A DNA stretch of 63,962 nt, filler included, from Choristocarpus tenellus KU-1152 (lineage: Eukaryota > Protista > Phaeophyceae), in assembly GCA_964200185.2 (NCBI GenBank). It is 11 parts of 11 records of this genome, joined end to end, with 100 filler letters (N's around TTAATTAATTAA, not from the genome) between each part and the next. Parts side by side here need not be neighbours in the genome. Positions count along the whole stretch, not along the records: positions 13,498 to 17,613 come from CAXNAD020016133.1; positions 17,714 to 30,364 come from CAXNAD020001753.1; 9 more parts are not named here. One strand, written 5' to 3'. The first letter of the stretch is position 1; the number at the start of each line of letters is the position of its first letter. The notes under the pieces were generated by a model, which saw only the letters and a program-made list of their open reading frames with translations, did not search any database and was not told the DNA's origin. The translations under genes were made by a program, and so were the position numbers. Of this stretch, positions 13,646 through 28,200 are shown piece after piece.

Positions 13646-14421
13646 TGGTTTTCCCTTGACACATCTGGAAAATGTTAGAGGGCATTATAATATAAATATA
13701 ATATATAGTTTTAATTCGTTTCCCCCCTGACACATCTGCAAAATGTCAGAAGGCATAATAATAAATATAATATGTGTTATGTGTTATAGGGGGCAAAACC
13801 AATTAGAGTTAGGTTGATGTTGACTGTTACGAACTTTGGTTCTGACGTATCTTGTACAAAATATCATAAGGTGTTATTAAATACCAAATACTACTCCAAT
13901 GAACAAACGTTGTAGTACATACTCCATAATTGTATATCACACATCATAGATCACAAGAGAACTCTAAATATAGTAGGAGGTAGTCAGAAATTTTCTATCT
14001 AGATAAATATAGTCAACAATATTAGTGGTAGAATAATACTATTCATCCACAAATTATATCACTGATGTACCCAGACTCTGACCTATCTCTTTGTGTTGAT
14101 ATTTCATTACAAGGTTTGAAACAAGTCTGACTCAGAAGCTGACAAAATATTCCCATGGACGTAGAAGTACGTCTGGGAAGAAAATCGAACGACTCAGCAA
14201 TGAAGACCAATTAATTAAATACACAACTGAATGACATCATCGTGAAGGAAATATAGAGACAATAACAGCAAACAAGTCAATCCTCTTTATGGAGGGTGTA
14301 TCCGATAATGGAGTATGGCATTGGTGGTCGAACACAGATCCTGGCGGCATCTTCATGATTACGACTCAATGTAGTAGGGCCCCACTGAAATATACACAGG
14401 AAGCACGGTAGCACTCTCGCG

Positions 14422-16057
14422 ATGTCTGCCCTCTCTTCTGACCTGATGCTCGAGTTCCTTTCATTTGGAACCCACACCGACCTCTGTCATCTGCAGTCTG
14501 TCTCGAGGGACCTGAACGAGGCAGCTGGGAAGGAAAACCTATGGAAATCTCTGGTGGCTGCTGAAGGCTTACTTGGCAGGGACGAAATAGCTCCGGCTAT
14601 ATCGGCCCTAGGGCTATCCAGTCATAAACAGCTTGTTGAGGTACTGACCCGTATTGGCATTCCGTCTGGTGTGATTGGGTATTGGAAAGCAGACTTTCGA
14701 AGGCACGGCAATTGGTCCGGGTCAGATCTCAACGATGATTATGGTTTTAGCGCGAAAGGAGAGCTCTTGCGAATTAGTGTCACGGAGGGAGGAATACTGG
14801 GCGAGTCTATCCTTCCTCAAGGTTCAACACGTGGGTGAGTTCCATTGTGTACTGATTGTAAAAAGAAGCGCTCGAGAGTCTCAAGTGCCTCTCAGACCCT
14901 TTTTCATCCTTGAAATGATTGTTGTATGTCCACAATATTTTTCAGCTGTTCATCAAGTCACTACCAAAGCATGTGCCCTCTTACGTGTTTGCGTTTGGCA
15001 TGCCGTTCTTAGGGTCTTCCGTGTGAAAGTCAGCCTCTCCCCTACTGGCAGCAATGGGAAGTTGGGAGTTATACTGTTTCCCCTCGAAGACGAGTTTTCC
15101 ATGGGTGGACGGAGCAACCCCCCAGGTGTTGAGCCATTGATATCTGGGAGTGGGTCACCCACCACCTCCACTTCTTGGGGTTGCGATAGTTCAGACGTAT
15201 GCTCAATCTCTATAAAACGGGCGGGCAGTGGGTTTTTTCTTTCGCGTGGCAAAACCTTGGGACGATATTCCAAGCTCGAGTGGGCAGATGATTATGGCGT
15301 ACATGCCCGGGACATTAACACCGGGTCATTTTCGTTTTCCATGGACAGTGATCTGCAGCGACTTTGTGGTCTCTGGTCTGCCTCACACGGGTTTAATGGG
15401 TACGAAGTCCTGCAGATCGACTTTGGGACAAAGGGTCCGAGAGATTTCGAGACTTCCAAGACTTTGGCCAGCAAGAGTGCCACTATTGGACCAGGTTATC
15501 ACATTGGTAAGAGTAAATCGGGTACGACAAGGGCCTTGAGTAGTGTGCCCCCAACGTTCACCTACCCGAACCTCAGTGGGGACAAACACGAAGATGGTGC
15601 TGCTAGGACAGGAGACTGGGGACACGCCATGGCTGGGACTGGAGAGGAAGGCCAACTGTCTTTCCTCGTCGGCACCAAAGTGACCGGCGATTTGCATGTC
15701 CCAGCAGGTAGGTTCTCCTTCGCAGTGGACCTTGCCAGATTCTACTCGCCACTTGAGGAGTTGAAGAGAGACCAGAGACCAATGGCTTTGCTCACCCCTG
15801 GGGGACCAGTCAAGGAGGATTTCACTATGCGCGCAGCATATATCAAGCGCTGGTACAAGGGCTGTGGGCAGATCAATCATGTTCCAGGGGAGTGGTGGCC
15901 GGAGCTAATGGATATTGATTTCATCATTTATCATGAGAAAAGTATGCTAGTGACGTTTTCAGTGGTTTGGAATTCTCCTCAGTTTTCCCTTAGGATGGCA
16001 TTAGACTTTCATACCCTCAAGGGAAGAATGGGGCAGTTGCCAACCTGGAATGCCTAA
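14422..16057 (+). CDS. F-box-like protein with C-terminal DUF3506/cyclin-D1-binding domain (FBXO31-like), 2 exons
   Basis: Exon 1 is 14422-14834 (donor GG|gtgagt) and exon 2 is 15013-16057 (cttag|G), phase-consistent. The N-terminus LSSDLMLEFLSF..DLCHLQSVSRDLNEAA..ENLWKSL is F-box-like. The C-terminus has DUF3506 motifs GLWSASHGFNGYEVLQI, GTKVTGDLHVPAGRFSFAVDL and YKGCGQI. Confidence 0.8.
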
Positions 16058-17882
16058 AGGAGAACAGACCCTGCAAAGGTGACTTTGTTGGTTAGAGGGT
16101 TGGAGTCATTGACTTCCTAGAGGAAGTAGGGGCCTTAATACATCCTGGACTAAAAGTCCTAACCAATTAGAGGTGCAGTTGAGTTCAGTAGTTTCACCTT
16201 CTGTTGAACACTAATCGACCAATTCCACACATTTTGATCTGTCTGTGTCATTTTGAGGAAGATAGTAACGCCAGACTTTGCAAGCTCCTAAGCCTCGCCA
16301 GGTATGTATGTAGATTTTTGTCCCGTTTGCTTACAGCAAAATGTTCCACACTCACATTCAAGTTCCAATTGAAGGAGTATGTTGTGTGTAAGTTTTTCAC
16401 TTTGAATCGTAGGCAATGTAAAATGCACTGGATAGGGAGTATTGTATAGTGATACACTGGTTGTAATGTATGCATCCATGTACTCTCCTCGTATTTTATT
16501 ACACTGTATTTCCAGTAGTTTTCTTTTGCCTCTTTGCCACTATGTAGTGGTCGGAGGTTATGGCATCCAGTGTTAGGGTATGCCAGTCAACTGTTATAAC
16601 TGAGTCAAGTTAAATAACTTTTTTTCCAATTTTGGACATGCATCATGTTTGCGACCTTCCTGACTGAACACTGCAGCTTTAGCAGACATGCCAGGCTAGA
16701 TTGGAAGACCCCTGGGTGTGCCACCCACCCAACCATGATAGGATCCTTCCCATACACACTGACCATGTTGTGAAGGCAAAATATTATTTTATTCACAAAG
16801 TCAGACCAGTACCACACACACAGTGTCACACACAACACGTTTTCTGCAGTGTGATTGATTTCTACATGATATATGAGGGGGTAACAAAACATACTGAAAC
16901 ACTACTGATGTGATCCAGAGGAGAAGATTGACAAGTTGATAAGTGATCATGGAGATATTACACCTATAGATGTGCCCACTCTGCTCAATAAAACCTTGAC
17001 ACAATACAGGCATAACTTTCTTGCAAGGGGTCGAGTCAAGCTGTCAAGAATAGGACTTGGATACTTGATTTGCAGTAGCTTGTGCAACTGAACGTTACCT
17101 AGAATAAATGGGTAGAGTGTGCGTTTTCTAGGCATGTCAGTAGTAGAACATTATGCATCTATCCAGTCTACTTTGAAGTATGGAACTAACGCTTCATGTA
17201 AGAAAGTAAGATTGATGATAGTTTGTCAGAGAATGTAGAGATACTCTGCCAGCCTACCCTCCTGTCCCTAGAGGTGTTTGCTCTATTGTTCAACTTTAGC
17301 AGGACACACATCAGCCCATACTGAATTTTCGACTTCCCATTTTTTTATTACATGAGGCATAGAGGCTTGCCTTTTTTCTCGAGCATTGGTCTCAAATTAA
17401 ATTGCTTCAGCCGACCAACAAACCCTGCTTTTCTGGTGCTGCTGCCTAATGGGCACACAGTGTGTGAAGACTGAGCTGTCAAGACAAGAAAAAAATTATA
17501 CTTGAATAGACTGAATGTTCTTTCCATTGCCATATTTATATCCCTGGTGTGTCGAGCAAGCACCAGCAACATTATGTCCAAAGTGAAACATGTGTTCGTT
17601 CTCCTTTGTGGGCNNNNNNNNNNNNNNNNNNNNNNNNNNNNNNNNNNNNNNNNNNNNTTAATTAATTAANNNNNNNNNNNNNNNNNNNNNNNNNNNNNNN
17701 NNNNNNNNNNNNNGTGTAAAAACTGACCCAGCTCCACCCACCCCCACCCTCGCGCCACTGAAGGTCTATCTATCATAGACCAGTACAATACCCACAACAT
17801 ACTTCAATTTGAAACAGCAATGGTGTTGACTACAAAATGCAGCATTTCCCTTACCTGTTGTTCCTGTGTATCCTCTCCTTAG

Positions 17883-20800
17883 GTCAGGAAGGACAGAGAT
17901 CTCCTCCGTGATCGGGAGAGAGATGCAGGCTTTCAAAATCGGGAGACTGAGAGGGACTGGGGAAAGCTGCGCCGCCCGGGGCCGCCTGGAGTCAGTACGA
18001 TGGGAGGACCTGGGGGTGGTGGCACAGGGGCTGACGGGGAGCACCGGAGGCCATCGCTTGGCCTTGCAGCACTCGAGCGGACTGGATCAACAGACAGGAG
18101 CATGAGGTTGGGGGGATTTTGATGTGGATGGTTCAGCTAGTTGCACTGATTGGATGGTGTAGTTGTGTTGAAAGCTCTTTTTGTGGCTGTATTGAAATGC
18201 CTGGTACGGATTAACTTCAATCTGTGCTGGGGAGAGTTAGTTGGTGCGTGTGTGCAGTGTGTGTATTTTGTTGGGTATGGACGGTATGGACGGTTTGGGT
18301 TCATTGCTTGCGGTATGGACGGTCAAATTCCTGCCCTGTTATTGAGGAGTCCTCAAGTTATTTTTCTCATTGGACGGAAGTTTTTTTTGTCTTAAGTAGG
18401 TCTTGAATTTGTGGGTGAATCCTTCATTCAGAGTGTACAGTTTCCTCTCTCCTGTATTTTTGTTTGTGGTGTTGTGGTTCTCTCAAAAGAAAAAGAATGG
18501 ACACTGAGGATAGAGTTGTACTGTATGCTTCTATGACTATTGTGTGATTGTAGTACCATTATTATTGTTCATTTTGTGGTATTTTTTTTATGAAGGAAGG
18601 AGACGTTGCTGTGGCATCTTCTCAGCATGTCTTGACTGCTCTTGTGCTGACCTAACATCATATACTGTGCATTAGAGGTGTAACAAACCCACCATTAAAT
18701 AATATGGAGACATCTATTGCCTGACCTTTCCATCTCAAGGTTGTTGACTGAGCCTGTCACCATTGCCCTGCCTGTGTGTGTTGATGATGCAGAGATGATG
18801 CCAAAGGCCGCGACTGGGGAAAGCTTAGAACTGCAGGAGCTGCAGGGCAGAGCCCACCAGTTGGACCCCTGGCCCCTCCACCTGATCGGTGAGGGATATC
18901 ATGATAGTTGTGGAGGGAAGGGGGGATGGCTTGTGATGTGTGGCGTGTTGATGTTGCTCTATATTTAATGTAATGTCCATAATTTGATGTGTTTAAATAC
19001 TCAAATGGACAGTTATGTTGTGTGAGCAATGATTTTTCTGAGGTATGCCCAATTTATTGATTCTTTGCATAAACTAAGTACACTTCTGTGAAAACAAATG
19101 GCATTAAATACTTGTGAAAAAAATTCTTCAAAAATAAATAAATACACAGAGTCTCATCCCGCTTCCTCTTACGTGATCCACACTTTTAAAGTCTCCACCT
19201 GTTCTCTTTTGCTGGCCATGGGATGAAGAGTCAAAATATTTCAACTCCAAGTTTACCGGTGCAGTTGTATTAGTTAAAAGTATTATAAGAGTTGCAGTGG
19301 CAATGAGGATATTTTGTTTGGTTTCAGAGTCTATTTTCCAGCAGTCATTCCGCTAGTCATGCTGATTTATCACAGCTGGTTGCCCTATCTCTGTGTTTAT
19401 CTGGTCAAGTGTCTGGTGCTGTGAAATGATTTGCCATTTTGTGTTACCTTAATGGATCAATGGAAAGAAAAATGTACATCAATAAGAGCATGGTATGTTT
19501 TAGGTGGAAGGAAACTAACTCATAGACAACATTTGACATTGTAGGACTTGCAGAAACACCAATCACAGTACTCACCTCAACATGTTGAGGTGGGGCTCCA
19601 TGCTCGTCATGCTTCATGTGCTGTATATACAATGTTGCTGCTTGAGCTCAAATTTTCATATTTTTTTCTCACTGGTTTGGATTGTTGTTAATACAATGTT
19701 TGTGTTGTTGTTAAAACAATGTTGGCTTTGGATTGTACTATACTTAAATGATGTGGAAAAGATGGTGAATTGATCACTAGATCCATATCTGCTGTTTTAT
19801 TTCCCAGTCCACTCCTCACCTCCCACAAAAAAATATCTCCCACCTGTCGACGTTTTGGTCATTTTGGTCATTTTGGTCATTCACCACTTTACTTGGCCAC
19901 TTGACCACTGGGCTTCCATGTGGGATCTCTGCACCCCATGATGTTGCGGGATTTTACCTGGGGATGACAGTGGGGATACTACCGACAGGTGGAGATGACG
20001 AGGTAAGGAGGAGCTCAATACCCACCTCTGATTTCTTACAGCACCAGATGAGAGCACTACATAGAAAACTCTTAAGTTGGGTGTTTTGTAGGTCCTGTTC
20101 AATTGTTGTTTTGAGGGTAACATGAGGGGGTCCATGCCAAGACATAACCGGATTGTTATGTTGATGCCTATATTACTGGACAGACCAATACCTTGACTTG
20201 ATAGGTGATGTAATGCCGGATGGGGGTGGGTGAATTGGGGGGCACTTTGTCCATTGAATGTGGTTGATAGGTGCAAGCACGGTGTGTCACAAACCAGGAG
20301 AGCTCAGTTATTGTCCAAGCATGTTGGAAGGCTAGTTTGTATATTTGTGGGGATTGATGGTATTTTCAAATTCCCTTCGAAGTGCAGCGTACTGGTTGGT
20401 GTTACATGTGGAGATCTTGCAAAAACTTGAGTAGTAGAGTGTTTTCCAGTATGCAGAAGGAAGTCAGAAGGAGAGGAGCGTGGTCGGCACAGATCACAGT
20501 GGTTGAAACAGTAGTGTTTCAAGGCAGGGTGGGAAGTGTGGTGTTGGGTGTAAATGTAAGGACACCCTCACCAAACACATGTCATAACTTGATCACGCCT
20601 GGAGGTGGTGGGTCACACTTGCTTGTTGAGATAGGTTGAGTTTGGTGCTTTACATAAGCAAACTTGTGTAAATGGTGTGCTTGCTTTGCCCTCCTGTACT
20701 AGGTAATTGGTTAGGATTTGGCTGCCAGATGCACCATTTACTTGTATTTGGGTACAATCCTGATGTGCAGAAATAAATGGTTTTGTCTTTCCTGTGAAGG

Positions 20801-21190
20801 TATAAATATCAAAGTGTAAACGCCAACTCTAGACTGTCTTGTACTAAGTACTCGTATTTTGAATGAAGGCTCAAATTACTTGATACCAAGGTACTTGACA
20901 GGTACAACTGACATTATAGTAACCAAAGCAATGCATACTCACTATGAGATAGTTTCCATCTCCTTTGTTAGATAATTTGATTATTGGACTTCAGATAGCC
21001 ACAGAGTGAATCAACGTGTCCTTCAGAGTTTCCTTTCCGAACAAGAGAAGTGCCCTTGAAAACCGTTCTACTAACTAATAATGGGATGCTACAGAACATA
21101 CTTATGTAATGAAGGCTAGATAAATGGATACAGTGTGCTTGTCATACAAACTACCCTTTGCAGGTCTTACTCACACTGTATGCATGGTAG
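17883..21190 (+). CDS. 3' part of an unknown protein-coding gene (4 putative exons)
   Basis: Phase-consistent GT-AG exons at 17883-18106, 18740-18888, 19971-20002 and 21164-21190, ending ..VGILPTGGDDE|VLLTLYAW*. The first exons are GC-richer than their flanks. No family recognised. Confidence 0.45.
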
Positions 21191-22255
21191 TGTTTGCTCT
21201 ACCTCTAGTAGACACTCTTGTATCTACAGCAATGTAATATAACACACTCCACTACTATGTATTAATAGAACCATATTATTACTAATATTGTAAGACCTGG
21301 TATGCATGCACATTCCAGTACACCTGGTAGAATTTGCATCCATTATCAATCGCATGGTACAAACTGTGGAAATGGAAAAGTTGAAAGATGAAGGGCTGCG
21401 CATCCTGAGTTTCCATGGCATGACATAATATATTAGTTGGAATACAAGTGCAAGCTTTACTCCCCTCCATGGTTGAGTGCTTGCCACAACACCACTGGCT
21501 TCATTCTTTTCAGATTAAACTATGGCACAATAAAAGTGCGACACAGGTGAGAGAGGAAGTACTCCACAGGAAGCTTGCAATCAACAGGCTGCATACATTT
21601 CACCCACTAGTAGCGTAAGAGATTGTGGTCGCTCCTGCCCATCTCTTTTAATAGTCTTGATGTAAACAGGGCACACCTTACTAACTCAGAAGTATACAAA
21701 CAACCATAGTGCTGCAGGAATCACACCTACAGACGCTATTGTTGACTAAGCCACAGCTGGCCACATTGAACACAAAATGGTGCTGGCGGACACAAAATCT
21801 TTTTGTTTGTCCTCTCCTGGTGTCCACTTCAGATGCCGTAGCAGGCACAAACGCTCGTTTGTCATTCGAGTTTGTCTTTTGCGCGATTTTTGATACTTAT
21901 GTACCCTCTAGGTACTGTATGTGTACAACATTCTGGGGCACTACGGTAGCAATAGTTAAATGATGGCACTCTTGAGGTCTACATACATTATTTGACCAGC
22001 AAGATAAGTCTATATATAGTGAGTGATGTAAAAGACTCTGACGAAATCCTCGAGAGTATTCACACTCTCTTCAACCAACAAAAGACGAATGCATACTGTC
22101 ATACTGTATTCCTTACGTGTACGGTAGTAAAATACCGTGAAATACAAGCAACAAATAAAGAAAAATACACTACTACCATGTGATGTGCTTGCCCATGGTC
22201 AAGGAGAACAGTGCCAATATCTAAGTCTCGACCCTTCAAATCTGCCCACAAAGAG

Positions 22256-25200
22256 TCAGAGGAGTTTGGACCGACGGCAGAAGGTCACTGCACCAATCAC
22301 CGATACCAACATGCCACCATATATGCTCGCTGTCACTGTCCAAAATGCCCCTGGGTGTTCCTCCCAGCCGCTCAATAAGTTCATGCCAAATACACCTGCA
22401 ATGGGACGGATGAAAGGTTTGGGAAAGTGTCTGTATGGCAACAAGTGATGTTAATGGGAAGGGGGGAGGGGAGTAGGAATGGAGTCGCTGTGTGAAAGAA
22501 GGGCAAGGCAGTACATTATTCTTTGATGTTTTTATTATTTTCTCAAAGATTAATGAAAAAAGTCAACACACAGCAAAGTCCATTCAGTTGGATGATAATC
22601 ACTCCAGGTGTATTGTATTGGCAATGAAGTGGCAATGGGAAAATGATCATTTCCTCACATTATTTTTTTTTTTTCACTTCTCTTACCAAGTATTGTATAC
22701 ATCATCTGGGAGGTACATGCCATAAATGCCCATCAAACAAAAAGCCACAATTGGCTGGGAGAAGAATTGAAAAATGATTTAGAAGTTTCCATCTTCAAGA
22801 AATTTCTGCTTCCTGGCTTCATGACAAGAATATGCAGAGATTCACCTCCCCCTCTGACTTCCTCCCAAAACTCCAAGGGCTGTGAACATACTCATACTGC
22901 ATGCAGTCTCGAGCCATGCTGAAGGGCCTCCAAAATAGAGCAAAGTAGGCGATGGAGGTATGCTCAGAAAAAAAGCATTGCCTACTACTACATAGACCAG
23001 CACACACCTGTCACAAGCGCCCCAAGTGCAACAGTGAAAGCACTCACACTGAGCACTAACTCAAACCGCAGTATGCGATTTCGTTGAACGTCAAGCGCAA
23101 TCTCCACAATTTCTGGACAACACAGTGTATTCCAACCAAACAATGGGAGGGGGGACAAGACCTGTTGAGGGGTTTTCGGCATTGGCAAGGATATCTCCCA
23201 CTGAGTAAAAGTTGTGGGTACTTTCCATCCTGTTCATGGGTAACTAGTTTATCGGTTAACACACTCTGTTGAAGCCTTCAACGGGGCTCAATGTGCCCCT
23301 CAAACTTCCACCTTTCTGAGGTATTGGCTTTCAGAGCCATTGTCTGGGTGCTTATATCTGTCTAAATTTTCGTAGGATCCTCAAAAGTCAGAAATGCTGT
23401 CAGCCTGTGCTAGTCCAAACACCTGAGCACTGCACTGCATTCCATGAAAAGGTCAAAACATTCCCTCCATGTTTGTTCCACTGATGTCACTAATATGCAA
23501 AGAATGTACTGAAGAAGCAAAAATAATATTCTAATACACCAGCCCCAACTCAGATGTTCCAAGCAAGCTCTACAAGAACTGATATCAGCATCTGTTGTGA
23601 AGTACCTTCCTTCTCACAGTGAGTACACCAGTGACCATCAATGTAAAGCAACCCTTGGTGCCTTGGATACAAATAAGCCAGTCTCACAAAATATGCCAAG
23701 CGATTTTTTTTTATATGGAAAGTTTTAAGTTACATTCCTGTGAACCGCACCTTCTGTGTTCCGTGCCTCATCTTGAAAGTCTCGAATGTCAGACCTCAGG
23801 AGTTCAGCCTCACAATGAAGAAGTGTCACAGGTATGGTAAGATGAAGGCAGGCAGGCACCAAAAAGTTAGGATTGTATAGGATTTGCAATCAACCAAACA
23901 GGGAGTGTAAGAATTATTGCAGGTCTGGCTGGAAAGAAGTACAGCATTTGCAGCCCAAGCGAGATAAAGTCCAGAGTGCTTAATTTGATGTGCTTCAAAT
24001 GACCTGGAGGTGGTGAACACCGTAACCTTATGGATAAAGCACTGATGTACTCTTTGAACTAGCCAAATATTATACGTTGAAATTAGGATTTGTGGAGGTG
24101 TTAAGAGTAGTATCTCAACTGGCAACATTGAATATCGACCACCTTCCTCACTCTCTGGAAAGGCCACCACCCTAGGCAAGCTATCAACCAGGTGGGTGCT
24201 GCATACCACCTGGGGGTGTCGATTACCAATCCCCCCACAGAGAAAGTATCTGTAACAAGCAGTAACCTGTAAAAAGGAAGTTCAGTCTGTCATGTACGTC
24301 CACCTTCAATACACTTACTTGAGATTATGAACAACTGATAAAACTGCCATTGACCAACGGCAGAAGAAATCTCCAGGAAAAAGAAGCTATGAGCTCGCCA
24401 TAATAATATAGAAAGCCCAAAGTCCATAATAAAATAATAAGAGGGTTCACAACAACAAAAGGCAGCAATTAAGAAATCTTCCACTCTATCCCACCTGCAG
24501 GAGATAATTCTCAAAGAGCATCTCCACCTCCTGGTGGTGGCTAGGGTCCCTTGGCTTCCCCTCTGTCCTCAAGGTCTCTGTGAGATACATCATTGACATG
24601 TCTTCATCATTCACTAGAACATCATTCATGCACTTGCATACCTGGGTATATATAAATAGTTAAAGTGTGGAATAAAAATGGGAGCACAATCTTCAAGGTT
24701 GGGGCACATGCTTATGGTGGAGTTCAGGGATGGAAACCAGGGAGCAGGAGATTGATTATATTACAAGGCTATGAGTTGAGAGCTTGGGATTGAGGGCTGG
24801 ATGCTGATTGGTGCATGCCTATGTACCTGTCTTCCCAGGCATGGGAATCATCGTGACCATGGAGAATAATTGTGGTGGTGGTATTCAGGACGGCGTAGTT
24901 CATATCTCTACAAATACTGGGGAAGACACCTTTAGCAAAGTTATGATTTGTATGCTAGGGAGCACTACATGGCACTATGATCCAATCAAAGTACACAGGT
25001 GTTACACCCTTCTCAAAATATCCAGACCGTCCTCATGAACACATGCTCTATTACATTATCGGGATTTTCTTCGAAGGAGCAACAAATACCACCATTAGAC
25101 ATTAAACCGCCCTCCCAAATAGCAAGGAGAGACAACAATGAGGGGAACATCCCATCAAGGATTACATTGATAACAGATCACAGGGAATAAACAACCAACA

Positions 25201-28200
25201 CCAAGCACAGCAACCCTGTGGTTTGTTTGCACATTACACGCACAATACAATAAAAAAAAGTTCAACGAAGGTAGTAAGTACTTTGAAAGTGGATGACGAG
25301 GTTGGAGGTCAAACCTCACCTTCCCTTAGTCCCCCCCCTTCCATTACACACAACAAAACAATATCTTCCAATGACTGTATGACACATGCCATCTTGTTTC
25401 TGTTTGATTAATGTACCTCTGTCAGCGTGTTTTCAAGGTTGTCCAGCTGGTTTTTCAGTGGCAGGAGCATCAGGACTGATTTCTGAGGCGGTCCCTCATC
25501 AGCACCTAACACTGAAAGCGTCTGTGTTGGATGGTGGGGTCGGTTGGATCAGCCTTAGCTAGACACATTGAAAAAGACATGTGAGGGCTAAACAGTTGCA
25601 ATATGTATACAAAATGCAGCCTTGACAATCCCAAGACATGGTCAGTAAGTAAAGCAAATCCTTGCATCTTGAACAAGTAGGTATCAGGCCTTCATCGATT
25701 TGTCATGGGATGATGGACTACAGGAGTGCTTCATCAGTTGTGGAGGACAGAACCACTACCTCTTCACTTGATCGTGACCACTTTCCCTGCTCAAGCTATA
25801 AACTGGTGCTCAGTGAGAGGGGGGTTTCACCTGTGCCTCGTTGCATCAGAGGCAAACCATCACCACCATCACCCCTTGGTCAACACAACAACATAAACAC
25901 TTTGCCATATGATACTCATCCTGCACAGACTCACATGTCTCAGCCTTGGCTCAACCTCTTCAACATTTTGCTGAAGGGAATAGCACACACACCTCAAGCA
26001 GCACTCCAAGGCAATCTGCTCAAAAGGTATAACAACCCCATTTCGGTATAACTCTTTGGTCCCCACCTTTCAACCATGAGGGTATACCATACCGTGTCAG
26101 GCAGGGAAGGCAAAGTGAGTCAGTGTGCTGTAAAGAAATAAGAAAATTACTTTGAAGTAGTTGAAAATAGTTGAATTGTTGCTCCTGTCATGCAAGGCAA
26201 AAAAAAATGAAAGTGTATCAACATGCATCATCATCAATGATGCCAAAATGGAAGATTGAAGTATACAAGTCACAATAATAGCAATGCCCCATGCCTCTCT
26301 CCATTAGTAGTACAATCATGCACAGGGCCAAGGCATTAGGCGGGTGCCAACCCCAGTAGGAAAGATGCATCAGATATGATGGAAATAAGTATACATCTTA
26401 CAAGGCCTATGGAGTGGACCCAAAGCTCCTCCATCTCAATATTGACCCTCTTGTGTTAGGATGGCACCCCCTATGGAGGTTGTCAACCTGACCCCACACA
26501 ACATTGTATCATAATTCATTGAAATCCTTACAAGTAACAGATGCCTTCACTAATTACTCACATCAATCCGTTTTATGATACAGTCATCCAGAACAAGGTC
26601 ATCACTCACCAACTACATATGGCTCAGGATACTTCACTTTGACCTATACATCCTGCAACCATCACACCACTAGGTGGTAGGGAGAAGATTTTCCTGATTG
26701 CACACTACGGATTCAGGACACTGATAGCAGCTCCATCGCCCAGGATTTTTCCCCCCCAAAGGTGGTGGTCTGTACTCTAACATGATAGTACTACTGGGTC
26801 TACAGAGTTCAGGAAGTGCCAGAAACCACAAACATGTATAGGCAAGCAGGTTGAACACAAACACTTACCGATGGCCCTCAAATCTGACCACATAATCCAA
26901 TGCAGGGCTTTCTGCAAACTAACACAGATAAAAAAGGCAGCACGTGGGGCATGAAGTAGTTTAAAAAAAATTGATGCATGACCACTTTTGTTGATAAAAC
27001 ACTCTGGAGTTTGCTTATTTTCCCCGCTTGTTTGCAACTGAAGCACTCCCCCCAATACATAGTTGCTCACCTGCTCCTGGACGGCAGGGACAATGGACAT
27101 GACCTCTGCATCACATGGAAAGAGAAGCATCTCTCCTGCCTTGATGATTGCCTGCAACAGAGGGCAATAGGGAGGCACACACCCATCGTTAAAACATTTT
27201 GAGCAATGGGATCTTTCAAAGTTAGAAGTGAAGCGACAGAAAACAAGACCTTTGTCTTCCTCTTGTTTTGTCCAAACGTGCTTTGTGTGCAAAACCATCA
27301 CAATGACTCCTTGCCAGATTTCAAGATACCAACCAAGCCCAGGCTGACAAGTCTCACTACCACAGTGCTTCCAAGGAATGGACACCCATTTCAAGGTCCT
27401 ACTCACAATGGGTGACACAAACTGTCTTGACACCGATCAACTGCAAAGAATGGTCATCCGATTCGACAATTGATTCGATATTGCCAAAACATTTCTGCTT
27501 CTTCAGGTGCATGGGTGTGTCACTTACAATGGTACATAGAAGAAGAAAATATAATTTCCGTTTTTTTTCGGCTAGCAACCAGGTCTCACCCTAACATTTG
27601 CAAGCGCCACAATGATGGCTCCTGGCCGCACCAGGATTGCTGGAAATTGACCTGGGAAGGTGGGGTCCGCAACACGTAGATCCCTCAGATTGCACCCCAG
27701 CTCCTCAGCAAGCATTTGTCTCGATACCTACTCGGAGCCACAGGATTGTAAAAGTTGCTTGCCTGATACATGGTAGATTTGAGTAGAGCAAAAAAACTGC
27801 ATCGCCCTTACAACTTCCAATAGTCACACAAAACTATCATCGAGAATTGAGGTCTTGTGCTTCCTGCGGACTGAAGGCAGTCAGCGAGGAGGCTTATTTT
27901 CTGCATACAATTTTAATCATAGCCTACACCTGATTCAGAGCGAGATTTCGACTTGCTACTGTCACCATTGATGGCCCTCACCGTTGATTCCATAGTGGAA
28001 CCATCAGCACCAACACGCAAAACGGGGATGCTTCTCGTAGAGGATTTTACAGGTCCCTTCTTCAATAATGAAGTGCCAAAGCACGGCGTTGGCATTGGTG
28101 GCGATCCCACTTCCTCCCCTGCCCCACCTCGGACCACGTGCAATCCTTGAGGGATCATATTCGTTGTAACTCCTGGTAAGGAAATCGGATTCAATATGTA

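Noticed and set aside
14675-15012. N-terminal part of the 460-aa ORF as real coding sequence
   Set aside because: It overlaps exon 1 in another frame and reads through the intron. The true frame starts at the 15013 acceptor.
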